Source of the DNA: Antedon mediterranea
Lineage: Eukaryota > Animalia > Echinodermata
Direction: 5' to 3'
Length of the DNA stretch: 64,000 nucleotides
NCBI RefSeq assembly: GCF_964355755.1
Contig: NC_092673.1
Coordinates: forward strand, 17,977,648-18,041,647
Positions 12,851-23,743 of this stretch are shown piece after piece. The notes under the pieces were generated by a model, which saw only the letters and a list, made by a program, of their open reading frames with translations, searched no databases and had not been told where the DNA came from. The position numbers were made by a program, and so were the translations under genes. Each line of letters starts with the position of its first letter. Position 1 is the stretch's first letter.

Positions 12851-13090
12851 ATGGATGAGTACTTAAGAAAAGTATATTACGATCCTAAGCATCCTGATAG
12901 TTTTGGTGGTGTGGACCGACTTTATCAAAATGTAAAATACGATTTAAATATTACCAAGAGACAAGTTCAAGACTGACTGAGCAAGCTAGATACATATACA
13001 TTACACAAATCCATTCAACGTAAATTCAAACGAAACTGGGTGCTTGTAAGTGTTATTGATGAACAATGGGGAATGGATTTGGAAAAATAA
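12851..13090 (+). pseudogene. Maverick/Polinton retroviral-like integrase, N-terminal fragment
   Basis: Hand translation MDEYLRKVYYDPKHPDSFGGVDRLY...VQD*LSKLDTYTLHKSIQRKFKRNWVLVSVIDEQWGMDL fits the YYDP..P.SF.G...LY / YTLHKP.R..F.R / WQ.DL pattern; TGA at 12974; truncated just after the first catalytic Asp. Confidence 0.88.
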
Positions 13091-14600
13091 CGTGTATAAA
13101 ATTTGATTCAGACAAACTGTTTGACTTTAAATTTCCAAAAATCAAAGGAAGTCAATTTTGAAATAGTTGGTAGCATGGTACAAGGAATCGGACTGGAAAA
13201 AATAACAACAACTAATCCTAACAAAATAACCCGTAAACCAAAATCTCACTCTCTACCATTCAAAAATGATGTAGCGATTTTTTCAAGCGGTATTGTCATG
13301 AACGTATTGAAAAGAAAATAGTTTTATTGTCAATGATTTGTCAAGTGTTTTATTTTAATTTCAATTACTGTTGTATTGTATTTAGTTTTAACCGTTCATG
13401 TTGGCATGATCAATATTTGCTCAAACTCCATTTTATCGTTATGTTTGTAGTATTTTAGAGATTCCCGATCATCGTAATAATGATATAACTAGAATTCGTA
13501 ACCGTGTGTTAGATTCCACGCGTATTATATACATATTGTCTTACTTTAATTCCTTCTCTCGTTATTCACCCGATGTAGTTTGATCAAACAATTGTACCTG
13601 AGCCTGAAAGGTTAGTTGTTATGGTACAAGGAATCGGCCCGGAAAATAATTTGTTTTTCTTTTCTGTTAAATTATTATTATGTTTGTGAATTGTGTATTG
13701 CAATAGATTTGTTTAATGAAATTAAATTAATTAGGCCTATGTTTTGACTTAATTTACTGTCAGTGTAAATTTGTAAAAGTAGTTTTTCCTACTTTATTTC
13801 ACGGTAAATTTATTTATCGACTTAATTTAATTTGTTTTCTTTTCTGTTGTTGTTAAATGTAATTGCAGACACACATAATAAATGATTGTGATTATAAATA
13901 TTCTGTTTACTTCTTTTAATTTTAAACAGTACAATAGATCTGTAATGTAAAGTTATATTTTATATATAATAAGTAATATTACAAAAATAAACATACAAAA
14001 TGTATAAAGCATAGATTAATTAAATTTAAATACAATTTCTTTATTTCAACATGAATTTCATTTTCTACGTGTTTTCAATTTTAAATCTTTTAAGAAAGAC
14101 ACAATACGTACTGCTAAAAAAAATAAAACGCACACAAAAGAAAACAAATTTGAGACGCACGATATGTAACGACGGTTTCAATAAAAAGGCATATTATAAA
14201 TGTATTTTTACCAAATTTATAAAGTAAAGGGTTATTATTGAGAAATATACATTTTAGATAAATGATAACAGATCTAAAATTAATTAGAGATATCAATACA
14301 ATATGGTGTTCATAATAATTTGTTTTGATGACTAGATGAAACATCTGAAGACATTCAACAAAAAACAAGCGTTAACACCATACCAGTCACTAAGAATGCT
14401 ACTACTCTGAAAAAAACATCTCCCTTCCAGCACAGAAACAAATTCTGAACGAAAATAAAAAAATAAAAATAATTAGTAAACGAAACACGCGCATTATAAA
14501 TAAAATGAATAATTTAAGAATATTTGTTAAAATACCCACGAACAAAAAAAAAAAAGAAAAAGAAACATACTAACCGATTTATCGTCATTACGAAGTTCAA

Positions 14601-15404
14601 ACAAGGCCAACAGCCATTAAGTCGCGTGCTACAATGCATAGTGATACCGGACCGACAGACAAACAGACTGACAGACAGACAGACCGACAGACAGACGGAC
14701 CGACCGACATAGTGAACTATACTGACCGAAATTACTGAACATGTTTAAAAATGTTGAAATGTTTAAAAACATTTATATTGTTTTAATTTACACGTGCGTA
14801 GCCTGTCACATTTGACGTGCTCGTATAACGTAATTTCGAGTTGAAAATTAAGTCAAGAAAACAGAAATCGGGCAAAAAGTGTGCGCAATAACATTTAACG
14901 CGCAGTGCGCGCGCAAAAATCTGCGCACTCATGGCAATTTTGTAAACGCTTAAAATTGCCTGAAACGTACTCTTATTTCATCGAAAATAAATTTTGAAAA
15001 TTTTAAGCGCGCGTACGCATGCGTTACATGCGCTACGCACGTAATTGTATTGCCATATGATGATTTATGCCCTGAAATTTATGAGTACCAAATTTTATTT
15101 AATTGTGATTCATGGTTGTTAAGATATGATTACAAACGTGATTTCGTTAAATCGTGCGTAGACCGCGTAATTTTTTATTGCGCACCGTGAAAACATAACC
15201 ACATCGATTCCTGGCCATAAGGAATATTCTGTGAAAAATTGACTTAGCTAGATTAAACTGATATCAAGATAAGGTCATAAAGCGACAAAACGCATAGTGA
15301 TACCGGACCGACAGACAGACAGACCGACAGACAGACCGACAGACAGACAGACAGACAGACCGACCGACCGACTTAGTGAACTATAGAGTCGCTTCCACGC
15401 GACT
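14601..15404 (-). mobile_element. Helentron-associated non-autonomous element (HINE/DINE-1-like), left arm only
   Basis: 804-bp insertion absent from the right arm; inserted in an A/T run; subterminal inverted repeats AGTCGCGTG/CACGCGACT, terminal hairpin AGTCGC-TTCCAC-GCGACT, (GACA/GACC)n microsatellites. Confidence 0.75.
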
Positions 15405-15736
15405 AAAAACGAAAACTTTTCCTTGAAAAATCCACAAGAGACACGTTTTACATTTTCTAACTGCATTTCAGTGTCACATTGTTTCGCAACACATGTACAT
15501 ACAACGAGTCCTGTCACAAATCTGCCGACATTTATTTTTGTATCGCTCATCATTTGTTCTAATACATAATACAGCGCTTCCGAAGAAATATCTTTACACA
15601 ATTCTAACACATTAAAATTGTTTTCCAACTCTTTACAAGCACGAATAGTACTCTGGAGGATGGGTGAATCCAAAACAATTAACCCCGTCAATTTATATTC
15701 AATGTATGCTAAAACTACTTCCTCTAAATCAACCAT
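15275..15736 (-). pseudogene. Bcl-2-like ORF, left-arm copy disrupted by the HINE
   Basis: Matches the right-arm copy up to FFKEKFSF (one A/S change), then reads into HINE microsatellite (SVGLSVCL). Confidence 0.65.
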
Positions 15737-17401
15737 AACGCTCGACAAAACAAATGATAATGGATGTAATTACCAAGAAAGTTACAACTTAAAACATTTA
15801 TTTTTTGTTTTTAAAAAGAAGTTGTAACATAGAAACTAATTTTGTCAGGAAATGTGTTTTTATTATTTATGTGATTTATTTGTGTTTAGAAAGTTACAAC
15901 ATTAAGATTTAATTTTGTCAAAAAAAATGTGAACATACGGAGCCGAATGTAATTTTTAATCCTTAGTATAGTGAAGAGATTTTATAAAAAAAAAATAAAG
16001 AGCGAACGGAAACTAATGATTTTAGATTAGCCATATAGAAATTAAATGTTGTCAAGATAGTTGTCAAAAATAAATAAAATATATTATACTGAATTTACTT
16101 TGTACATTTATTTAATTTAGGCCGTAATTAGGGTTGTTGTTCATTTATGATTGTGAAAAATATACATACGAATAAAACAGCTATATATATATATAAAAAA
16201 AAAAATAATGATTCAGTGTTATAATTTTATTTACCTGTCATTATGTTAAATAAAACATATTCTAAATTAAATTTATATCATGTTAGATATATTTTCTAAT
16301 TACGTTTTTTCAATATAAATGTATTATTATGTTGTCGATAGTTGTGTAAAAAACGTAATTACAAACTCTACTATGACACGCATGTAAACACAAACAGTAT
16401 TTACTTCTCTAACTAAGTTTGATATTCGCCATAACACTATGTCATATCATCAAACGACTTGTTTTATTTTTTTTAAGTAATTATTTTCTAAAAGATTGTT
16501 AACAAATACCGAATTACCGGAGGAAGTCTGTCCGCTAATCACCGCGGTGAAAGGTGTTACTAAACGCCCAGTCATTGTCATTATACTGCGTTCTTAACTT
16601 GAATTTTCATATAAGTAGTTGAAAACAAAAATTTTAAAAATGTAACAAGATTCATGAAACAATTATTTTTTTTTTTATGTAACAAACTTAATGACAAAAT
16701 AAATTTTATGCAAAAAGATTCTTGACAAATTATTTTTATGTAACAAATTTAATGATAAAATAAAATTTATGTAAAAAGATTCTTGATAAATTATTTTTTA
16801 TTTAACGAATTTCATGACCATTTTGTTTTCTTATGTAACAAGTTTTTGATTCTGAAATTAATCGACATACTTATAAAGAATAAATCTATAATCACAATTA
16901 AATTTATAAACAAATAATGATATTTAATATTAGTATAATTATTTCCATACAAAAAGTATAAATAAATTCAAATATTTACACACAAAAATATTGCATAAAT
17001 GATATTTACAAAATAATTACAAAGGTTAAAAATAAATTCTCTTATTTACAAGAATATTACACAAATAATTCTTAAAAACTTAAACGAACTAGGCCTACTG
17101 AACAAATGGACTGAATGACAAAATATTTTTTTCAACAAAATAATTCTTTATGTTATATACGGTTGATAAAATCAATTGATGCAACTAATTCTTAGCAAAA
17201 TAATTTTCTGTTACAAATTTCTTGTAAAAAATAAATTTATGTAACGAATTTCTTTACAAATTAATTTTTATGTAACAAATATTTTGAAAAATTTATTTTC
17301 ATGTAACAAATTTATCTACAAAAATATTTTTATGAAACAAACTTCTTAACAAATTTATCTTATGTAACAAATTTCTTTACAAATTTATTTTTATGTAACA
17401 A

Positions 17402-17720
17402 ATGTTGTTGAAAATATTGTGTTTCAAAGGTTACAACAATAAATTTGAACATAAATGTAAATTCAGTTGTGAGCTATGTTGCTCCAATGATTGCACTCCT
17501 TCATTGGAATCAGTAACTATCATTTCATGTAATGAATGTAATCGTTCTTTTAAAAATCAAAAATGTTTTAACAATCACAAATCTTCAAAAAATGGTACAA
17601 AAAACGGTTTGTGATATTAAAAAAATCTGTAAGGAGTGCAATCGTTTCATTAAGAAGGATCATAAATGCAATGAATATACGTGTAAAGTATGTAATCTAA
17701 AAGTTTCATTGCATTTATGA
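17402..17720 (+). pseudogene. Fragment of the Cys-rich N-terminal region of Maverick protein-primed DNA polymerase B
   Basis: CFKGYNNKFEHKC..SCELC...C...CNECNRSFKNQKCFNNHK, a frameshift in the A-run near 17600, then VCDIKKICKECNRFIKKDHKCNEYTCKVC; spacing resembles the region preceding the exonuclease domain of animal Maverick pPolB. Confidence 0.7.
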
Positions 17721-19147
17721 TCCTTCTTAATGAAACGATTGCACTCCTTACAGATTTTTTTAATATCACAAACCGTTTGTGAAAATTTTTTTGCTAAGAA
17801 TTAGTTGCATCAATTGATTTTATCAACCGTATGTAACATAAAGAATTATTTTGTTGAAAAAAAACATTTTGTCATTCAGTCCATTTGTTCAGTAGGCCTA
17901 GTTCGTTTAAGTTTTTAAGAATTATTTGTGTAATATTCTTGTAAATAAGAGAATTTATTTTTAACCTTTGTAATTATTTTGTAAATATCATTTATGCAAT
18001 ATTTTTGTGTGTAAATATTTGAATTTATTTATACTTTTTGTATGGAAATAATTATACTAATATTAAATATCATTATTTGTTTATAAATTTAATTGTGATT
18101 ATAGATTTATTCTTTATAAGTATGTCGATTAATTTCAGAATCAAAAACTTGTTACATAAGAAAAAAAAATGGTCATGAAATTCGTTAAATAAAAAATAAT
18201 TTATCAAGAATCTTTTTACATAAATTTTATTTTATCATTAAATTTGTTACATAAAAATAATTTGTCAAGAATCTTTTTGCATAAAATTTATTTTGTCATT
18301 AAGTTTGTTACATAAAAAAAAAAAATAATTGTTTCATGAATCTTGTTACATTTTTTAAATTTTTGTTTTCAACTACTTATATGAAAATTCAAGTTAAGAA
18401 CGCAGTATAATGACAATGACTGGGCGTTTAGTAACACCTTTCACCGCGGTGATTAGCGGACAGACTTCCTCCGGTAACTCGGTATTTGTTAACAATCTTT
18501 TAGAAAATAATTACTTTAAACAAATAAAACAAGTCGTTTGATGATATGACATAGTGTTATGGCGAATATCAAACTTAGTTAGAGAAGTAAATACTGTTTG
18601 TGTTTACATGCGTGTCATAGTAGAGTTTGTAATTACGTTTTTTACACAACTATCGACAACATAATAATACATTTATATTGAAAAAACGTAATTAGAAAAT
18701 ATATCTAACATGATATAAATTTAATTTAGAATATGTTTTATTTAACATAATGACAGGTAAATAAAATTATAACACTGAATCATTATTTTTTTTTTATATA
18801 TATATATAGCTGTTTTATTCGTATGTATATTTTTCACAATCATAAATGAACAACAACCCTAATTACGGCCTAAATTAAATAAATGTACAAAGTAAATTCA
18901 GTATAATATATTTTATTTATTTTTGACAACTATCTTGACAACATTTAATTTCTATATGGCTAATCTAAAATCATTAGTTTCCGTTCGCTCTTTTTTTTTT
19001 TTTATAAAATCTCTTCACTATACTCAGGATTAAAAATTACATTCGGCTCCGTATGTTCACATTTTTTTTGACAAAATTAAATCTTAATGTTGTAACTTTC
19101 TAAACACAAATAAATCACATAAATAGAATAGTGGAAATTCACTCAAA

Positions 19148-22100
19148 ATGGAATCGTTGAAATTTAAGCCGCCTCCACCCTTCGATTTTGATGGTCCTAG
19201 TGTGTCTGCTGCTTGGAAAAGGTGGAAACAGAGATTTACATTCTTTCTGAAAGCGACTGGCAGTGCACGTAAAAGTGGTGAAATAAAGGTAGCAATTTTA
19301 ATTACTACACTGGAAGGGCGTGGCTTAGATATTTACAACAACTTTACGTTCACTGATCTTGTAGGCGAACCGGGTCAGGAAGATTATGTCCCAGCAGAGG
19401 ACAATAATGATTTTGATACAGTAATGTCAAAGTATGATGAATACTGTAATAAACGGGACCCGATAATGGCGTTACGAGCGCAATATTGGCAATATGAACG
19501 ACCCGAAGGTCAGGGTTTGGATGAGTTTGTGAATGACTTAAGAACAATGGCGGTGAATTGTAAATTTGTGGATCAAGACGGTACGATTCGTGATAAGCTT
19601 TTCTTCAGTGTAACAAATCCAGTGATGAAAATGAAAGTTATGGGCGATGATGGCAACGCTACACTTGATACTGTGATACACCGAATGAGAATTTTTGAGA
19701 GTTCTAGACGCGAGCTTGAAATGGCCGGTGTTGCAAGTGATTATAAGCCGAAGGTTCATGCATTAAGAAGAACCAAATCACATAAACAGACGCCAAGGGT
19801 TAGTGGTCAACAGAATCATCAGTTTACGGATGCAGCCAAAACTAAATGTAGCAGGTGCGGTTCTTCACATCTACCTCGTCAGTGTCCAGCTTATGGTAAA
19901 ACATGCTACGGGTGTAAGGGTTTGAATCATTTTCAGTCTGTGTGCACCAAACGTTTTTCCCGAGGACGCGGTCGTGAACGTGGAAGAGCTGTACATACAA
20001 TGGATGAACAGTATATTATTGCCGAAGGTGTAAGTGATCCTAATGACTTATACATTGACACTTTAACTGTTAAAGATAAAAATGAGTACTTTTATATTGA
20101 CACTCTAAGAGATAACGATGACAAGAACGCTTGGTTCTATGATGTGTTTGTGGGAGGTAATGTGTTAAAGATGAAGCTTGACACAGGAGCAGGTGTTAAC
20201 TGCATACCACTGGAAACATTTAGAAAGTTACCAGGACATAAGAACATTAAAGTATATCATTCTAAAACTAACCTATATAGTTATGGTGATGAAATTGTAA
20301 AACATATTGGTAAAGTTACTCTAAATGTAAAAGTTGATAACATCCAAAATGATTATGACTTCTTTATTACTAATGTTGATGGTCCACCTATACTTGGATT
20401 GAAAGCCTGTAGGGAGCTTGGTCTGATCAAACGTGGTAACAATATGATGTGTAGTGATAATGTGATAAATAATAAATATGTACATGCACTAACTAAAGAT
20501 TCTTTGATTCGAGAGAATCGTGATGTATTTACAGGTTTAGGTAAATATCAAGATCCTTATGACATCAAGTTGAAAAGTGGTGTTTCTCCAGTAGTCCATC
20601 CACCCCGCAGGGTGCCACTTAGTCTGCATACCAAGCTGAAAGAAAAACTTGACGATATGGAGAAGAGGGGCGTGATTAAACGGACCGACAAACCAACAGA
20701 TTGGGTCAACAGCCTAGTGATAGTGGAGAAACGAGACGGATCCTTGAGGTTGTGCTTGGATCCACGTGATTTGAACAAAGCCATTAGACGTGAACATCAT
20801 ATGATACCGACCGGTAAGGACGTAGTGAGTCAGCTGTCAGGTAAAACACTTTTCACTGTCTTTGACCAGAAAGATGCGTACTGGCAAGTTCCTCTTACTG
20901 ACGCTAGCGCAGATATATGTACATTCAATACTCCTTTTGGACGATACAGTTTTCTAAGAATGCCATTTGGTATCTGCAGTGCTAGTGAGGTGCTACAGAA
21001 ACGAAACCAGCAAATATTTGGTCATATACCTAACGTACACATAATATCTGATGATATGATTATAGCTACAGGTAGTGAAGCAGAGCATAATGCAACAGTA
21101 CAGAGGGTGATGGATACGGCCAGAGCGAACAATGCCAAATTCAATGGAAGCAAGCTTAAGTATAAACAGTCTGAATTGGTGTTCATGGGAAACGTGGTGA
21201 GTGCCGATGGACAGAAACCAGACGAAGAAAAGGTTAGAGTTATCAAAGAAATGCCTGACCCACAATGTAAATCTGACTTGCAACGTATAATGGGGATGCT
21301 TAATTATCTTTCACAATTCATACCTAATATGTCCAATGTGAGTGCACCTCTCCGGGAATTGCTCAAGAAAGATGTTGCATGGTTTTGGGGTCCAGAACAA
21401 GCAGAATCCCTGAGGCAATTAAAGGCGTTGATTAGTAGCAAACCAGTCTTAAGTTTCTTTGATCCACAGAAGCCAACCATTATCCAATGTGATGCATCAT
21501 CCACAGGGCTCGGAAGCTGTTTGCTTCAAGAGGGTCATCCGGTTGCGTTTGCCTCTAGGTCGTTAACATCAGCTGAAGTTAATTACTCACAAATTGAGAA
21601 GGAGATGTTGGCGATCTGCTTTTCTATACACAAATACCACCAATATGTATATGGCCGAGCTGTTGAAGTTCACACTGACCATAAACCACTCGAAACAATC
21701 ACACGTAAACCACTCCATAAAGCTAGTCCTAGAATACAACAAATGCTGCTCAAATTGATAAAGTATGAGCTTGATGTTAAGTATGTTCCTGGAAAGTACA
21801 TGTACATAGCTGATGCTCTCAGCAGAGCATATCCTGATAAGGTTGATCGTGATGCCCAACCCCTTGAACAGTTGAAATATAGGGTGCATAGTCTAGACGA
21901 AATATTGCCCATGAGTAAAGCAAAAATTGAAGAAGCAATACGAGCTACACAGGCAGATGTGGTACTCCAAACTCTAATTCTAACATGCAAAAGCGGGTGG
22001 CCTAAACATAGATGGGGTGCACCGGAGCAAGTTAGGCAGTATTGGCATCTTCGTGATGAGATACATGAAATTGATGGTCTTGTGTTTTTAGGTGAGAAGT

Positions 22101-23143
22101 TGATTGTTCCTAGCCAAATGAGAGCAGATATGCTGAATAAAATTCATGAAAGTCACCTTGGGATGGAGAAGTGTAAGGCGAGGGCCAGGTCTATTTTGTA
22201 TTGGCCAGGTATGACCAACGATATAGAATCAGTAGTGTCAAGGTGCCCTGTTTGTGTAAAGTTCATGCGTAGAAATCAACGGGAGCCGATGATTCCACAT
22301 AAGGTTCCTATGAGACCATGGGCTAAGCTGGGCGCGGATATATATACATTCGCTGGCAGAGATCATCTTATTGTAGTTGACTATTTTTCCAAATACCCGG
22401 AAGTAGTGACACTCACTAGCAAAACGGCTGGAGAAATCATCAAAAAATTGAAATCTATATTCTCAAGACATGGCATCCCTGAAATATTAATGACTGATAA
22501 CATGCCGTTCGCCAGCTACGAGTTCAAACGGTTTGCTAACCAGTGGGGGTTCGATTTAGTGACGTCCAGTCCGACATATGCCAGAAGTAATGGGCAAGTT
22601 GAACGTTTCGTCCAAACCATTAAGCAACTCATGAGGAAGTCCGTTGATGAGGGAAGCGATTTTCATCTTGCTCTACTAGACTATCGTGATTCACCAATTG
22701 CAGGGTTGAATTGTTCTCCTGCTCAGTTGTTGATGAGCAGAAAGTTAAGGTCAACACTTCCAGTCACACATACATTGCTGCAACCACAAGTTATTGTCGG
22801 AGCTAGAGATTTCCTTCAGTCACGTCAACAGTCTATGACAAAATATTATGATCGTGGTACACGTGTATTGACGAAACTAAGAAAAGGGGACAACGTGAGA
22901 ATATTGAAAGGACGGCAATGGGAACCTGCTGTTGTGGCTAAGGAACATGAGCTACCCCGTTCATATGTAGTGATGACCGAAGATGGAACGTCGTACAGAC
23001 GGAATCGACAACATTTATTAAACACTCAACAACCGGATACTTTGCAGAAGGGCGTACCAACTTTGCAGAAGGTACCGGAAGCACCACCCTTACGTAGAAG
23101 TGATCGTGTTAGTCGTCCACCGGATCGATTGGATTATAAATAA
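19148..23143 (+). CDS. Gypsy Gag-Pol polyprotein, 1331 aa, open
   Basis: Two zinc knuckles (CSRCGSSH..QC, CYGCKGLNHFQSVC), protease LDTGA, RT (LCLDPRDLN, RMPFG, ISDD), RNase H (CDASSTG, YSQIEKE, TDHKPL), integrase (H..H...CPVC, ADIY, TDN, SNGQVER), in PR-RT-RH-IN order. Confidence 0.96.
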   Translation: MESLKFKPPPPFDFDGPSVSAAWKRWKQRFTFFLKATGSARKSGEIKVAILITTLEGRGLDIYNNFTFTDLVGEPGQEDYVPAEDNNDFDTVMSKYDEYCNKRDPIMALRAQYWQYERPEGQGLDEFVNDLRTMAVNCKFVDQDGTIRDKLFFSVTNPVMKMKVMGDDGNATLDTVIHRMRIFESSRRELEMAGVASDYKPKVHALRRTKSHKQTPRVSGQQNHQFTDAAKTKCSRCGSSHLPRQCPAYGKTCYGCKGLNHFQSVCTKRFSRGRGRERGRAVHTMDEQYIIAEGVSDPNDLYIDTLTVKDKNEYFYIDTLRDNDDKNAWFYDVFVGGNVLKMKLDTGAGVNCIPLETFRKLPGHKNIKVYHSKTNLYSYGDEIVKHIGKVTLNVKVDNIQNDYDFFITNVDGPPILGLKACRELGLIKRGNNMMCSDNVINNKYVHALTKDSLIRENRDVFTGLGKYQDPYDIKLKSGVSPVVHPPRRVPLSLHTKLKEKLDDMEKRGVIKRTDKPTDWVNSLVIVEKRDGSLRLCLDPRDLNKAIRREHHMIPTGKDVVSQLSGKTLFTVFDQKDAYWQVPLTDASADICTFNTPFGRYSFLRMPFGICSASEVLQKRNQQIFGHIPNVHIISDDMIIATGSEAEHNATVQRVMDTARANNAKFNGSKLKYKQSELVFMGNVVSADGQKPDEEKVRVIKEMPDPQCKSDLQRIMGMLNYLSQFIPNMSNVSAPLRELLKKDVAWFWGPEQAESLRQLKALISSKPVLSFFDPQKPTIIQCDASSTGLGSCLLQEGHPVAFASRSLTSAEVNYSQIEKEMLAICFSIHKYHQYVYGRAVEVHTDHKPLETITRKPLHKASPRIQQMLLKLIKYELDVKYVPGKYMYIADALSRAYPDKVDRDAQPLEQLKYRVHSLDEILPMSKAKIEEAIRATQADVVLQTLILTCKSGWPKHRWGAPEQVRQYWHLRDEIHEIDGLVFLGEKLIVPSQMRADMLNKIHESHLGMEKCKARARSILYWPGMTNDIESVVSRCPVCVKFMRRNQREPMIPHKVPMRPWAKLGADIYTFAGRDHLIVVDYFSKYPEVVTLTSKTAGEIIKKLKSIFSRHGIPEILMTDNMPFASYEFKRFANQWGFDLVTSSPTYARSNGQVERFVQTIKQLMRKSVDEGSDFHLALLDYRDSPIAGLNCSPAQLLMSRKLRSTLPVTHTLLQPQVIVGARDFLQSRQQSMTKYYDRGTRVLTKLRKGDNVRILKGRQWEPAVVAKEHELPRSYVVMTEDGTSYRRNRQHLLNTQQPDTLQKGVPTLQKVPEAPPLRRSDRVSRPPDRLDYK

Positions 23144-23218
23144 ATGTATCAATAATTAACTTCATTTTATGTTTATTTTGCAGATATCATGTTTATTTTC
23201 AAACCATCCTATAATGTA

Positions 23219-23346
23219 TGAAACATATGAATGTGATCTAAGAAACAATTTGAAACATATGAATGTGGTCTAAGAAACAATTTGAAACATATGAATGTGA
23301 TCTAAGAAACAATTTGAAACATATGAATGTGATCTAAGAAACAATT
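23219..23346 (+). repeat. Four 32-bp tandem repeats in the Gypsy 3' UTR
   Basis: TGAAACATATGAATGTGATCTAAGAAACAATT x4. Confidence 0.95.
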
Positions 23347-23477
23347 TATGTTTAAGGAAAAGTAATATTATTTATTTATGAGAATGTGATATATCGTGTC
23401 TAATTTACTTTTGATATTAATTTTTTTTAAAAATAAAAATTAAACTTTAGAAATTTATTTTGTTAGAAAAGGAAAGA

Positions 23478-23613
23478 TGTCACATATGCTCTGTTAATAT
23501 GCTAATTATATTTGTTTGTTATTTGCAAATTATGCAAACTACGTTACGCTCGGTGAAGTAATAAAACAGTAGTTGAATTAAAAGAACCGTGTTGACGAGT
23601 CACACTTGTAATA
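23478..23613 (+). repeat. Short Gypsy 3' LTR (~136 bp)
   Basis: Starts TG right after the polypurine tract; AATAAA at 23560; ends TGTAATA (non-canonical) where Maverick arm sequence resumes. Confidence 0.7.
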
Positions 23614-23743
23614 TAATAAAAACACATTTCCTGACAAAATTAGTTTCTATGTTACAACTTCTTTTTAAAAACAAAAAAATAAATGTTTTAAGTTGTAACT
23701 TTCTTGGTAATTACATCCATTATCGTTTGTTTTGTCGAGCGTT

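Larger units (their letters stand above)
10321..17675 (+). repeat. Left arm of the giant inverted repeat
   Basis: Mirror ORF pairs 11977-12597/26079-26699, 13103-13321/25355-25573 and 14114-14368/24308-24562. Confidence 0.97.
19126..23613 (+). mobile_element. Ty3/Gypsy (Mag-like) LTR retrotransposon lacking its 5' LTR
   Basis: ~4.49-kb segment absent from the left arm; single gag-pol ORF; polypurine tract AGAAAAGGAAAGA (23465-23477) followed by TGTCACA; only 22 bp between the junction and the ATG. Confidence 0.9.

Noticed and set aside
13103-14368. Small ORFs (72 aa, 84 aa) and their mirrors in the Maverick arms
   Set aside because: Non-ATG starts and no recognisable motifs; possibly decayed accessory genes but not supportable.
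19350-21990. Antisense ORFs within the Gypsy pol (and similar ones within the LINE ORF2)
   Set aside because: Shadow frames of genuine coding sequence.
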